Virus record (IMG/VR): IMGVR_UViG_3300034283_003118
Coordinates: 1 to 58,919 of that record
Source: a virus
Taxonomy: Duplodnaviria > Caudoviricetes
Length of the DNA stretch: 58,919 nt
Strand: one strand, 5' to 3'
Shown here in pieces: positions 9,052-18,280 of the stretch. The notes under the pieces were generated by a model. It worked only from the letters and a program-made list of their open reading frames with translations. It was not told the DNA's origin and made no database searches. Numbering within the stretch: position 1 is the stretch's first letter; each line of letters opens with the position of its first letter. The translations under genes were made by a program, and so were the position numbers.

Positions 9052-9095
9052 GAGCAGCGGAATTTTTTAAGAGGGACGATGCCCAAAGTCCTCTT
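9052..9095 (-). ncRNA. Candidate preQ1-I-like pseudoknot RNA in the queD leader
   Basis: AAGAGG/CCUCUU stem, 15-nt loop ending in C, A6 linker, possible GGGCA/UGCUC second stem. Confidence 0.45.
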
Positions 9096-9100
9096 GTCTT

Positions 9101-9868
9101 TTACTTATCTTTTTCAATAATACACACAGGAATTGGTTGCATCTTGTGCTGATTCGCAGTGTGAAAGCGATTGTAAATAGTTAGCACTTCCTGTTGCCGA
9201 GGCGTGGGATTCTGAGGATTGGGATTTTCCATGGCCCACTCCAGTTCATCATAACTGGCGCAAAGTTGATCGCCGTCAGTGCGGCCATCATCCCACAACC
9301 CATCGGTGGGAGCGGCATCAATGATTCCCTGGTTCAATCCCAGCTCACGTGCTAGGGCATATACTTCACTCTTGTAGAGATCTCCAATGGGGCTGATATC
9401 CACGCCACCGTCACCCCACTTGGTGTAGAACCCCACACCAAAGTCTTCTACTCGATTACCCGTGCCCACCACAATACCTTGTTTGCTCTGAGCAATCTGA
9501 TATAGAGTGATCATCCTGAAGCGGCTACGACTGTTGGCAAAGGCCAGATTGCTGGTAAATTCTGACCCCAAAGATTGCTCAACTTCTTTAGAAAAAGAAT
9601 CAAAGGCGTCAGTGAGGTTGATGTATAACCCAGTAACATTGGGATATCTGTCAGTTAACCAACTGATATGAGCTTGGGCTCTGAGATTTTCCACGACGTT
9701 TTGACGAATGGGCATACTCACGGCATAGACGGGCACTCCGGTCTGTGCGCACAAGGCGCTGACCACTGCACTGTCGATGCCTCCACTAACTCCCACGACC
9801 AGACTTTTTAGTTGATGTTTGTTGAGGTAGTCCTGAATCCAGGTCACAATCTGTGTTTGAATATTCAT
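9101..9868 (-). CDS. nadE: NH3-dependent NAD+ synthetase
   Basis: SGGIDS, GTGNRVE, GFYTKWGDG, PIGDLYKSEV, PTDGLW, HK. Confidence 0.92.
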   Translation of the reverse strand: MNIQTQIVTWIQDYLNKHQLKSLVVGVSGGIDSAVVSALCAQTGVPVYAVSMPIRQNVVENLRAQAHISWLTDRYPNVTGLYINLTDAFDSFSKEVEQSLGSEFTSNLAFANSRSRFRMITLYQIAQSKQGIVVGTGNRVEDFGVGFYTKWGDGGVDISPIGDLYKSEVYALARELGLNQGIIDAAPTDGLWDDGRTDGDQLCASYDELEWAMENPNPQNPTPRQQEVLTIYNRFHTANQHKMQPIPVCIIEKDK

Positions 9869-9869
9869 G

Positions 9870-10238
9870 TTATTGTCCTTTTCTATAGGGTCTTATCAAT
9901 GATACTACGTTACAACCGTAATGATGGGCTAGAATTTCTGCCATGCGTCTGGCGCCCACTGGGTTAAGACTATGTACTGTGGGAGGATTCACCGGCCAGC
10001 AATCGTTGGCCTCCATCCAGCGCACCACATCTAATCCAGTTTTTTCTGTATACTGTCTGGGGTTTACGTTAGAATCGTAATGTTCCCATGCGAGGTCGTG
10101 ATCAAGGCTACAATTGACCACGGTATAGTTTTCTAAAATTTCAATGGCTTCGCTGTAGTCTAGTGCCACACGCCATCCTCCCACAAACGGGCAAGGTCTT
10201 ACGTCATCTAACCACAGGTTAGTTTTTGGTTTGTTCAT
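9870..10238 (-). CDS. Cyclic-phosphate-processing receiver-like domain protein
   Basis: LWLDDVRP, SLDHDL, TGLDVVRW, VHSLNPVG. Confidence 0.7.
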   Translation of the reverse strand: MNKPKTNLWLDDVRPCPFVGGWRVALDYSEAIEILENYTVVNCSLDHDLAWEHYDSNVNPRQYTEKTGLDVVRWMEANDCWPVNPPTVHSLNPVGARRMAEILAHHYGCNVVSLIRPYRKGQ

Positions 10239-10621
10239 ACTTTATATCCGTTCTTTTCCACCCATGCTAGCAGTTCTTTGAAGTCAACAGACAAACAATT
10301 GCTCAGAGGACTTTCCTTGTAGCGTGATTGTTTACCGTAAGGGAATCCCAACTCCAATCGTTTAAAAGGGTTTAGCAAAGTTTTAAACTGATTACGTTCG
10401 GCAGACTCCATTGCACCACAAATCAAACACTGGCGATATTCGTCGTGCCCATCGTCATAATCCCAACTATAGCTGCCCTTGTACTCACTACAAATCACAA
10501 CCACTTGTTTGTGTTTGCACTGAATCATTTGCACTGCTAGTGCAGCTGATGCTTGCTGTTTGATTTCGTCAGTTTGTTTTTTCTGTTGCCTAATGGCTTT
10601 GGCTAATTGTCTATCTGTCAT
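10235..10621 (-). CDS. Hypothetical protein with possible Zn ligands
   Basis: CxH...CxxC. Confidence 0.65.
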   Translation of the reverse strand: MTDRQLAKAIRQQKKQTDEIKQQASAALAVQMIQCKHKQVVVICSEYKGSYSWDYDDGHDEYRQCLICGAMESAERNQFKTLLNPFKRLELGFPYGKQSRYKESPLSNCLSVDFKELLAWVEKNGYKV

Positions 10622-10682
10622 TTATTACTATAAGTTTAACAGTAACTCAGTATAAAGTAAAGTAATTTGAATAAATAAACAT

Positions 10683-11864
10683 ATGCGATTCACGGAATTT
10701 TTAGCTGAACTCAGACGAAAAGAAAAACAAAAGTCACCTGAGCCCAAATATCAGGAACTGGGTCACCCTGCTGCTATTGAATATCTCAAAGGCCGTGACC
10801 TCAGCAAATACGTGATAACTATGACTGATTTGCCCAAAGTGGGTGTTAACCCCGGATCCACATATAACACTCCCCTGGGCATCTATTTCTATCCAGCCGA
10901 TTATTATGTGGTCGTGCGAGGCAGAGTGCCTTTTCAAGCTGATGCCAACTACATCAATATTCTGCAATTGACAACCAATAAAATCTTATATCTGAATCAA
11001 ATGGATACAACCTCAATGACTGCTGCGCTCGATAAACTCAAACAGTTGCCCGCAGTTAAAAACCTTTCAGCTGATCAAAATATTGATCGGCTGATCAAAG
11101 ATGCAGATCATAAGGCCAGAAAAAAATCAGAGCCAGGAAAATTTTGGTATGTGTTGTGGAAACTGAGTAACCTGCTAGCTGCACACAACTACAAATATGC
11201 TGATGAACAAGCTCATAGTGTGTGGAATTCCTTGTTCAGGCAACTGGGGTACGACGTAGTCATTGATCAGGGCGAAAGCATCATTCACGAAAATGAACCC
11301 AATCAGGGTTTTATAGTCAATCCACGCGGCACATATCGTTTGGAAAAAACCATCAACAATGTTGGCAGACACACATTGACTAAGAAAAAACTAGGATACG
11401 AAGAAAATTCATTAATTAAATCAGCATACAACAATAGTCAGAGAGAAGAGGCCCATCTAAAACTGGTGAACCAAGATCCATATTTGATTAGCAAAATGAA
11501 AAACCCCAGCGAGCAAGTGCAAATTATGGCAGTATCCAAAGTTGGTGCATTGCTGAGAGATTTACTGCGAAAGAAAAAAATTGTTGTAAGTGAAAAAGTT
11601 GTACTGGCTGCATTGAACAATGATCCAGAAGCGATTCGATTTTTTTATGATCCGAAAATTAACGTACACAAAATTGTACCTACTAGAGAAATGATCCTGC
11701 GTTCTGTGAACGAAGCCGGCTATCTGATTAGGTTTATTCCCAACCCCGATACAGAATTACAGATGGCTGCGGTTAAAAACGATTTCCATTCCTACCTGTG
11801 GATCGAAGATCCTGACCCAGCAGTAACTGAACTGTATAACAAGCTGAAGTCTCAAAGCAAGTAA
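10683..11864 (+). CDS. Leader-bearing protein with a possible ART-like domain and C-terminal DUF4116-like repeats
   Basis: MRFTEFLAE; TPLGIYFYP, LGYDVVID..HENEPNQ; NPSEQVQIMAV repeats; TAAATA 5 nt upstream. Confidence 0.6.
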   Translation: MRFTEFLAELRRKEKQKSPEPKYQELGHPAAIEYLKGRDLSKYVITMTDLPKVGVNPGSTYNTPLGIYFYPADYYVVVRGRVPFQADANYINILQLTTNKILYLNQMDTTSMTAALDKLKQLPAVKNLSADQNIDRLIKDADHKARKKSEPGKFWYVLWKLSNLLAAHNYKYADEQAHSVWNSLFRQLGYDVVIDQGESIIHENEPNQGFIVNPRGTYRLEKTINNVGRHTLTKKKLGYEENSLIKSAYNNSQREEAHLKLVNQDPYLISKMKNPSEQVQIMAVSKVGALLRDLLRKKKIVVSEKVVLAALNNDPEAIRFFYDPKINVHKIVPTREMILRSVNEAGYLIRFIPNPDTELQMAAVKNDFHSYLWIEDPDPAVTELYNKLKSQSK

Positions 11865-11865
11865 T

Positions 11866-12270
11866 TTACTTTTCTGTGTCTTTTAGATAATTACCCAGCC
11901 CATTGGGTACACAGTGGCGCACACCGCCACGTGGATCTGCACAATCTCCTGTGCGACGGGGAATCAGATGCACATGTGGCCACATTACAGTTTGACCTGA
12001 TGCAGCGCCACAATTCAACCCAATGTTGAACCCATCACAATCACCACGTTCCATCATGGCTGAGCCATGATCATAAGCAGCGCCGAACAACATATTGATA
12101 AAGCTATAACTATTCCAGGTGGGAATAAACAATATGTGCCCAGTAGTTACTGGATAACGATCAGCCACGATGCAATACAAGTGACCAGCTTTAATCAAAC
12201 GTTCACGATCCCAGGGCACGATCCCTTGATCAATGGCATCCAGCAAACTGATTTTGCCACTGTTAGGCAT
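11866..12270 (-). CDS. HIT-family nucleotide hydrolase
   Basis: DRYPVTTGH, GQTVMWPHVHLIPR. Confidence 0.9.
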   Translation of the reverse strand: MPNSGKISLLDAIDQGIVPWDRERLIKAGHLYCIVADRYPVTTGHILFIPTWNSYSFINMLFGAAYDHGSAMMERGDCDGFNIGLNCGAASGQTVMWPHVHLIPRRTGDCADPRGGVRHCVPNGLGNYLKDTEK

Positions 12271-12580
12271 TAGGAACTACGCCTCGACTACGTTGTTCCA
12301 GTATCAGTGACAGCCGTTGACATTCTTCGGAATTTAGAATGATCTCTTCAAAAGCCCCAAATTGGCTGCGTTTGCCAAAAATATAAGCAATACCAATCTT
12401 GAGTCTTTTCCAAAAAGTATGTGGAGTTAGATGAACGTGTATGTAGGTGAATTCATCATCCAGGTCATCACCAAAGAAGTCATTGAAATAACTAATCACA
12501 AATTGATGAGTCAAATCTCCACAATCACATACAAACAGGTGATTGGGGTAATCATTAACGCCATTCTTCATTTTCATCAA
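12263..12580 (-). CDS. Hypothetical protein
   Basis: CDC...H motif; in operon. Confidence 0.65.
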   Translation of the reverse strand: MMKMKNGVNDYPNHLFVCDCGDLTHQFVISYFNDFFGDDLDDEFTYIHVHLTPHTFWKRLKIGIAYIFGKRSQFGAFEEIILNSEECQRLSLILEQRSRGVVPNA

Positions 12581-12977
12581 CGAGCCTCCATCCCAAATTC
12601 AAGAAATCTGCTAGAATTTCTTGAGTAACCGTGCCTTCCGGCACATGTTTACTTTTGTTAGTTGCATTGTCGTTCCACAATGCATCTTCAGTGGCAATAC
12701 CACTACAGTAAAAATTCATATAATCTTCATTTAGAGTTGGGTTTGTGGAATTTCTGATATCAGACACAATACGACCAGCAGATCTCCAACTACAATACCA
12801 GTGAGAATTTTTTAGAATTTCCCAAACTTCTATTGGTTGCCATGTTGTGTTACATAATGCTGCATAAAGATTTTGAGCATAGTCAAGTTCTAGGCATTTG
12901 TTTCGTATCAGATCACTGGACATTAGATCTATCTCTAGTGATCTAGTAGTGTTAAAGGGCATTTGTGTTTGCTCCAT
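12555..12977 (-). CDS. Hypothetical protein
   Basis: YAALCN...SWRSAG...YCSG. Confidence 0.7.
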   Translation of the reverse strand: MEQTQMPFNTTRSLEIDLMSSDLIRNKCLELDYAQNLYAALCNTTWQPIEVWEILKNSHWYCSWRSAGRIVSDIRNSTNPTLNEDYMNFYCSGIATEDALWNDNATNKSKHVPEGTVTQEILADFLNLGWRLVDENEEWR

Positions 12978-12980
12978 ATA

Positions 12981-13811
12981 TCAAGTCCACATGCTTTGGC
13001 GAACTTTGATCAGTCTGATCATCATGCCAGTGTCTTCTTGCTCGTATTGAGTTTCAATTTCAGTGGTGAGTTTCAGGGCGTGATCACTACGTTGTTTCAG
13101 TTCTGGATCAGTGATTTCTGCAAACAATTTTCCATATTTGTCCCGAATTTCATCACATACAGCAGACCAACCACTGGCATCATACGCATCAGGTCTTGCA
13201 GGTCTACGCACAGTCCACCATTCGTAGAGGTCCAAAATTTCTTTAGCAGCAATAGCTTGCGGAGTGGGTTTACCAATGTCGGGATGGTTGGGATCACTAA
13301 ACCATTCGCTGCCGTGCGTGAGGCTGATTTCCCACTTCAAATAATCAACACCAGCTTGAGGAGAACGCCATTCCTGCCAGCGAAACCAATATATCCTCTG
13401 CCACCAGGGCATCTGATAACGTGCAGCATCTTCCTTATCGCCCCAGATCACATGCAGGTGTGCTTTTTCAATTTCCACAAAGTCCACCAGTTCAGTGAAC
13501 ATGCCGTGCAGCAGACGTTCATCAAACTCATGCCACTGTCCAGGTTTCAAACCAGTTTTGAGGTAATGAGTTTTAGTGATAAAACGATTTCTCAGATAGT
13601 ATTTGAGATCACGTATGGGATCAATGGTCCACTCTGCAGGTTTTTCCAGCCAATCAGGCAGTATCTCCGTGATCCAATATGCTACAGGTTTTTCATTTTT
13701 AATTTTGATTTGCCATTCATCCCACTCGCCCATGGGGAGAGCATAGGGTTTTTGAACACCCAGATGTTTGCGCAGCCAATTAAAAAGAACAGAATCTGAA
13801 TAGTGTCTCAT
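12981..13811 (-). CDS. Trp-rich hypothetical phage protein
   Basis: 276-aa ORF in operon orientation. Confidence 0.75.
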   Translation of the reverse strand: MRHYSDSVLFNWLRKHLGVQKPYALPMGEWDEWQIKIKNEKPVAYWITEILPDWLEKPAEWTIDPIRDLKYYLRNRFITKTHYLKTGLKPGQWHEFDERLLHGMFTELVDFVEIEKAHLHVIWGDKEDAARYQMPWWQRIYWFRWQEWRSPQAGVDYLKWEISLTHGSEWFSDPNHPDIGKPTPQAIAAKEILDLYEWWTVRRPARPDAYDASGWSAVCDEIRDKYGKLFAEITDPELKQRSDHALKLTTEIETQYEQEDTGMMIRLIKVRQSMWT

Positions 13812-13850
13812 ATATTAATAATACGTTCTAAAAAGTCAATTAGCAAATTT

Positions 13851-14111
13851 TTATTGACTTTTTGGTGTTTTTTTCTCCAATTGGGCTATTCTCTGCTCCA
13901 GGTCTGCCAGGTGCTGATCGTGCTTTTGGATTTTAGCCATGACATTTTCAGCACGAGTGAAATCTTTGAGATGAAACCGTTGACTAGCCCAATTCATCGT
14001 GGAGTCGAGTTTTCTGTTGAACCAGCAGCCTATGCGAGTGGTTTCCCACCAGTTGTAGAAACTGCTGCCTATGACACTGCTTAAACAAGACATTATAAGA
14101 AAATACAGCAT
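13851..14111 (-). CDS. Small membrane-anchored coiled-coil protein, late promoter
   Basis: Hydrophobic N-terminus; TAAATA 14119-14124; start codon lies inside a 10-bp inverted repeat (14101-14123). Confidence 0.6.
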   Translation of the reverse strand: MLYFLIMSCLSSVIGSSFYNWWETTRIGCWFNRKLDSTMNWASQRFHLKDFTRAENVMAKIQKHDQHLADLEQRIAQLEKKTPKSQ

Positions 14112-14128
14112 AGTGCTGTATTTATGAG

Positions 14129-14635
14129 TTAATCACGTGAATTTTCCCAGGGAAATCTGACCCAGATATCCTGTTCCAGTTTGTTGATTTCACGAGCAGA
14201 AAAATCCACATCCGAAAAGTCACTGCTGGCATTATTGAACAGAGTCAAAAATTTCACATTCTGATGCCACACTGACTGCCAGCGTGGTTCTTCGGGCAAA
14301 CAGCTATCCGGCCAATCTTTCATGATCCACTGAAAGGTTGCGCCAGTATCGTTGATATCATCCACAATCAGAATGTTTTTGGCCCTTTCCTGACCATAAC
14401 CATACGCATCTTCAGCCATGCCACAATCAGTAACACAATTATCCAAGTCATCCAAACTCAATCGCAATGGAGCCATGGGAACTCCCAGGAGGTGACTCAA
14501 CATCACCGCGGGCACACAGCCGCCGCGACTGATACCCACGATGTAATCTGGCTTCCAACCACTTAGTGCCACTTTTAGAGCCAGGTAATTGATGTCTTTT
14601 TCCAGGTCGTTCCAATCATAGTGTATTTTGATCAT
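14129..14635 (-). CDS. Type I phosphoribosyltransferase (Gpt-like)
   Basis: VGISRGG, ILIVDDINDTGAT, WVRFPWE. Confidence 0.88.
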   Translation of the reverse strand: MIKIHYDWNDLEKDINYLALKVALSGWKPDYIVGISRGGCVPAVMLSHLLGVPMAPLRLSLDDLDNCVTDCGMAEDAYGYGQERAKNILIVDDINDTGATFQWIMKDWPDSCLPEEPRWQSVWHQNVKFLTLFNNASSDFSDVDFSAREINKLEQDIWVRFPWENSRD

Positions 14636-14637
14636 GG

Positions 14638-15312
14638 TTAGTGTCCCTTCATGGTTTTAAAAATATCATAAAATTCCTGTTTCAGACTGGCATCAGTTTG
14701 AAACAATCCGGTCATTACCGCAGTGGTCATATCGCTCTCATGTTCCCGCACCCCACGCTGAGTCATGCAGTGATGATTGGCTTTCACAACCACAGCCACA
14801 TTGGGAGTTTTTGCAAAATTGCGCAGGGCATCGGCAATTTCAGTGGTCATTTCTTCCTGAATCTGAGGACGACTGGCGATCCAGTGTACCAGACGATTGA
14901 ACTTACTCAACCCAATCACTTCCTGTTCGGGGAAGATTCCCACCCAACAACTGCCCACGATGTTCTGGAAATGATGAGCGCAGGTGCTGCGGATGCTGAT
15001 AGGTCCAGTAGTATACAAGCTCTGATATCCCATGTTGGGAAAACTGGTGATACTGGGCGGTGGTTCAAAGCGGCCACTGAAGATTTCTCGCACCATCATC
15101 TTTGCCACACGTCGAGCCGTGTCACGGGTGTTGTGATCATTGGCAGTGTCAATCACCAAACTTTCCAACACACCCTGCATCTGGCCAGTGACCTCGTCCA
15201 CCAGCAGATCCTGTTCTCCGGCTTCGATGTATTTGTGAATGTTGTGATTGGCAAAAAAACTACCACCATCCTGCTGAATTCTGTTCTTGATCTGTTCGCT
15301 GATTTTTTTCAT
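14638..15312 (-). CDS. folE: GTP cyclohydrolase I
   Basis: TARRVAK, STCAHHF, GLSKFNR, PQIQE, HHCMTQRGV. Confidence 0.95.
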   Translation of the reverse strand: MKKISEQIKNRIQQDGGSFFANHNIHKYIEAGEQDLLVDEVTGQMQGVLESLVIDTANDHNTRDTARRVAKMMVREIFSGRFEPPPSITSFPNMGYQSLYTTGPISIRSTCAHHFQNIVGSCWVGIFPEQEVIGLSKFNRLVHWIASRPQIQEEMTTEIADALRNFAKTPNVAVVVKANHHCMTQRGVREHESDMTTAVMTGLFQTDASLKQEFYDIFKTMKGH

Positions 15313-15333
15313 AGTTACTCTTTAAGTATAAGT

Positions 15334-15549
15334 TTATTTCCGTAATCTGTCAATTTTAATGTTATAGTTTCTGTGCAATAATACAACAAGTATAACCGAA
15401 GCTGACCAGGTTTGTAAGTTATAGGGTATCATCAACACAGGGAACAGAGTATTCAAACTCCACAAAACTAAAAATGGTACGATTGCGATTAAAAACATCA
15501 GCAATACAAAAAACAACAAAAACGAAGATAATTTCAGTAGTGTGTTCAT
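15334..15549 (-). CDS. Small membrane protein
   Basis: Two hydrophobic segments; ATGA overlap with the glycosyltransferase. Confidence 0.6.
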   Translation of the reverse strand: MNTLLKLSSFLLFFVLLMFLIAIVPFLVLWSLNTLFPVLMIPYNLQTWSASVILVVLLHRNYNIKIDRLRK

Positions 15550-16601
15550 TGAGTTAATACCTTTAACATGATTTTGCAATTTAAAAAATGTGTTTTGAGT
15601 ATATCAATCTGTTGGTCCAGCAAACTCTGATATTGGTCATAATTGTCAGTGAGCTGATTGATAAACTCTGCTAATTGCCCACGATGTTTTAGATAGGATT
15701 GCCAATCCTGAGTCCATGCAGATGGGTAACGAAACTCTGGAAGGTACATTTCACTATAGCTGGCTCGATCTGGCACACAGGGTAAACTACCAGTTAGACA
15801 TCCTTCCATCTGACTGATGCCCAAATTTTCATGCAAGCTGCAACTAAAAGTCACTTTGGTTTCAGAAATTGTCTGATAATACTGTTGTTTATCCAACTTC
15901 TGATCCTGTGTGATTATGAGGTCAGCATTGATGTATCCGGCGAGATCTCGCACAATTTCGGGTTGTTTGTCAGCGTTTAACCGATGTGGCCAGATCACAG
16001 TGTTTTGTTTGGCGTTTTTGCGCAAGTTTTCCAAAGGAGCCACAATCAGTTCATGAGGCTGACCGCTGCGAACAGCTCGGCCCTGATCTGCTACTGGAAT
16101 ATCCAGATTTCGCAAGAACATCTGGCGATGAAACTCAGTGGCAAAATAGTTATAATCACTGGCATAAAACCAGCTGCGTTCCTGATGCCAGGGCCAGGGT
16201 TTTTGCATCTGCATGCCCAGGATGTCTGTGGGATCGTAAGCGCCAGCATGAACAATACTATGTAGTTCCCACTGTGTTTTTAACAAATCACGCATATATG
16301 CTATTTGTGTGATTGTAGGATTCCAAAAATCAGTGAACAAAAAACGGTCTTTGGATGTGATTTGACCTTGATTGTAAAGATCCAAAAAAGAACACATTTG
16401 TGAACTTTTCCAGTAATTGGTGTCACTGAAATTTAAAAAAGCTCCCGGAGTTAAAGTTGTATCTTTTTGAACTCCAGAAATTTGAATCACGTTCCATTGA
16501 CCTTGAGCGTTTGCGTCTATCAATTTGGGAATATTTTCAAACCATTGTTTAGAATAACGACCATCATGTGGTTCTAAAGCAAAAATAATAATATTGGGCA
16601 T
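15546..16601 (-). CDS. GT-B fold (GT4-like) glycosyltransferase
   Basis: WPHRLNADKQP and ENLGISQME (E-x7-E) motifs. Confidence 0.75.
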   Translation of the reverse strand: MPNIIIFALEPHDGRYSKQWFENIPKLIDANAQGQWNVIQISGVQKDTTLTPGAFLNFSDTNYWKSSQMCSFLDLYNQGQITSKDRFLFTDFWNPTITQIAYMRDLLKTQWELHSIVHAGAYDPTDILGMQMQKPWPWHQERSWFYASDYNYFATEFHRQMFLRNLDIPVADQGRAVRSGQPHELIVAPLENLRKNAKQNTVIWPHRLNADKQPEIVRDLAGYINADLIITQDQKLDKQQYYQTISETKVTFSCSLHENLGISQMEGCLTGSLPCVPDRASYSEMYLPEFRYPSAWTQDWQSYLKHRGQLAEFINQLTDNYDQYQSLLDQQIDILKTHFLNCKIMLKVLTQ

Positions 16602-16645
16602 TGGGTGCCTCCTTCCAGCATACTAGATGTCATAAATGTTCATTG

Positions 16646-18280
16646 TTATTCCTGTTGACTTTCGGTTTCCAAACGATCCAGTGATTGTTCTGACAAACCA
16701 CTATCATCGCGAGTGATTTCCAATTGTTTGATCTGATCACCAAACGTCTTGGTAAATGCAGTACTGCTGTTGACTGCTTTGGGTCCCAGTAGTCCGTTGG
16801 CACTGCTTCCATACACTCGAGTAAACCAATTGTCGTATTCTACAAGTATTTTATTGGCTTGATCCCGAGTTTTCGCTGAGAACAAGCTGTCAACCAGATT
16901 CTCAAAATAACGATCATGATACGGAGTTTGAGTAAGTGAAATCAAACTACTAAACTGTTCAGGTTCTTTAACTTTGACTCTGTGTTTACCTGGATGATTT
17001 TTCTCTCGCAACATGTGTGGTATAATGCCCTGATCAAACAGGCGATTTCCTTCCTGAACTGCTTCTATGTGACAGTAAATGTTATGTGCCATTAGTATAG
17101 CATAACTGAAGCTATCCCAGCTGGTTTTTCCTTCTTTTCCGATCTTATTGAGGTCACCAGGAGCATAGTGACATACATCCTGAATCAGTGTTCTCTGCAT
17201 AATGGGACTGTCCATGAAGCTGGGCCACTGATCAGCTAGGTCCTGCAGAATGGCATCGCGGAACAAACGAGTATCACGAGCATACTTTTTATCATCCACA
17301 CATTTGGCCATTTTGTAGCTCCACTTGCCATCATCTATCATGCGATTTTCGTAATAGACTTGACCATTTGCAGTGGCCAAAAACGGACTGGCACAGTCAT
17401 AACTGATGGTAAAATTGGGATTGTGATAGCGGCGTATGGCTCGCTGAATCTGAGTAAAAGCCATGGCCCATTCCAGTTTGCTGGTGCCCAGATAATGTAC
17501 CCAATCCTGTTTTCCAGTTTCCAATAACCCATCATGTATCAGTGCCACCAGTCGGTGCAAAACCAGATGCATATCGCATTTGTTTTGTGATCCCATGGCC
17601 CAACCATTAAAGTGACGATCAGGATACTTTTGTGGATCACAAAATTCCTTCATGGTTTCGTACCATTCGTCAGCCTGAGTGTGGTTGTCCCCCTGTAACA
17701 CAGTGAGAAATTTGCAGTTGCCGTTGCGATTGTTCATCCAGTACTCATAATTGTAACGAGTGGCAGCCACAGCGCCTTCGTAACTAGAGATTCTGGTGGC
17801 TTCGCGACCACGTGGAGTACGGCTCACCCAGCCGGGAATATCCAGAGTCATTCCGTAATCCATGTAAGCGTCCATCCAGCGCAACACTTTCTCACGTTTT
17901 TCTTGTGCTTTGGCACATCCACTGCCGGGATTCCAGTCACCCTCCCAGACACCCTTGCCGATCTGAAAGCCACCGCTGTCTCCCAGCAGCCAGCTGGATT
18001 CGTCACGGTTGCGAATCATGTCTTCTTTGGGATCTGATCCCAGATCCAGATTGGCGTGCCCTGCTGAGTACAAACTCCAACGATACTGGAAATAACCAGC
18101 TTGTGGATTCAAATAGTTTAATCCTTCAATACCGTCTTCAAATCCTGCAGGAATGCGAGCAGTTTCCACATACTCGCCATGACGTTGTCTGCCAATGTAA
18201 TTGGAATAAAATGTGCTCAGTGCTGGAAGAAATATCGAATAGTCCTGCTGAGCTGCGGTCAAGTTGATTTTATCAGGCAT
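16646..18280 (-). CDS. dpdA: DpdA-like guanine transglycosylase (TGT fold)
   Basis: DSGGFQ, MTLDIP, VLQG, HYLG, SYDCASP, HN; clustered with folE/queD/queE. Confidence 0.8.
   Translation of the reverse strand: MPDKINLTAAQQDYSIFLPALSTFYSNYIGRQRHGEYVETARIPAGFEDGIEGLNYLNPQAGYFQYRWSLYSAGHANLDLGSDPKEDMIRNRDESSWLLGDSGGFQIGKGVWEGDWNPGSGCAKAQEKREKVLRWMDAYMDYGMTLDIPGWVSRTPRGREATRISSYEGAVAATRYNYEYWMNNRNGNCKFLTVLQGDNHTQADEWYETMKEFCDPQKYPDRHFNGWAMGSQNKCDMHLVLHRLVALIHDGLLETGKQDWVHYLGTSKLEWAMAFTQIQRAIRRYHNPNFTISYDCASPFLATANGQVYYENRMIDDGKWSYKMAKCVDDKKYARDTRLFRDAILQDLADQWPSFMDSPIMQRTLIQDVCHYAPGDLNKIGKEGKTSWDSFSYAILMAHNIYCHIEAVQEGNRLFDQGIIPHMLREKNHPGKHRVKVKEPEQFSSLISLTQTPYHDRYFENLVDSLFSAKTRDQANKILVEYDNWFTRVYGSSANGLLGPKAVNSSTAFTKTFGDQIKQLEITRDDSGLSEQSLDRLETESQQE

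Noticed and set aside
9101-9868. Calling this gene queC
   Set aside because: It has NadE-specific motifs and lacks the QueC C-terminal Cys Zn cluster.
14641-15345. Long plus-strand ORF (also 12963..13799, 53842..54549, 54859..55473, 56095..56676)
   Set aside because: Antisense shadows of well-supported minus-strand genes; no motifs.
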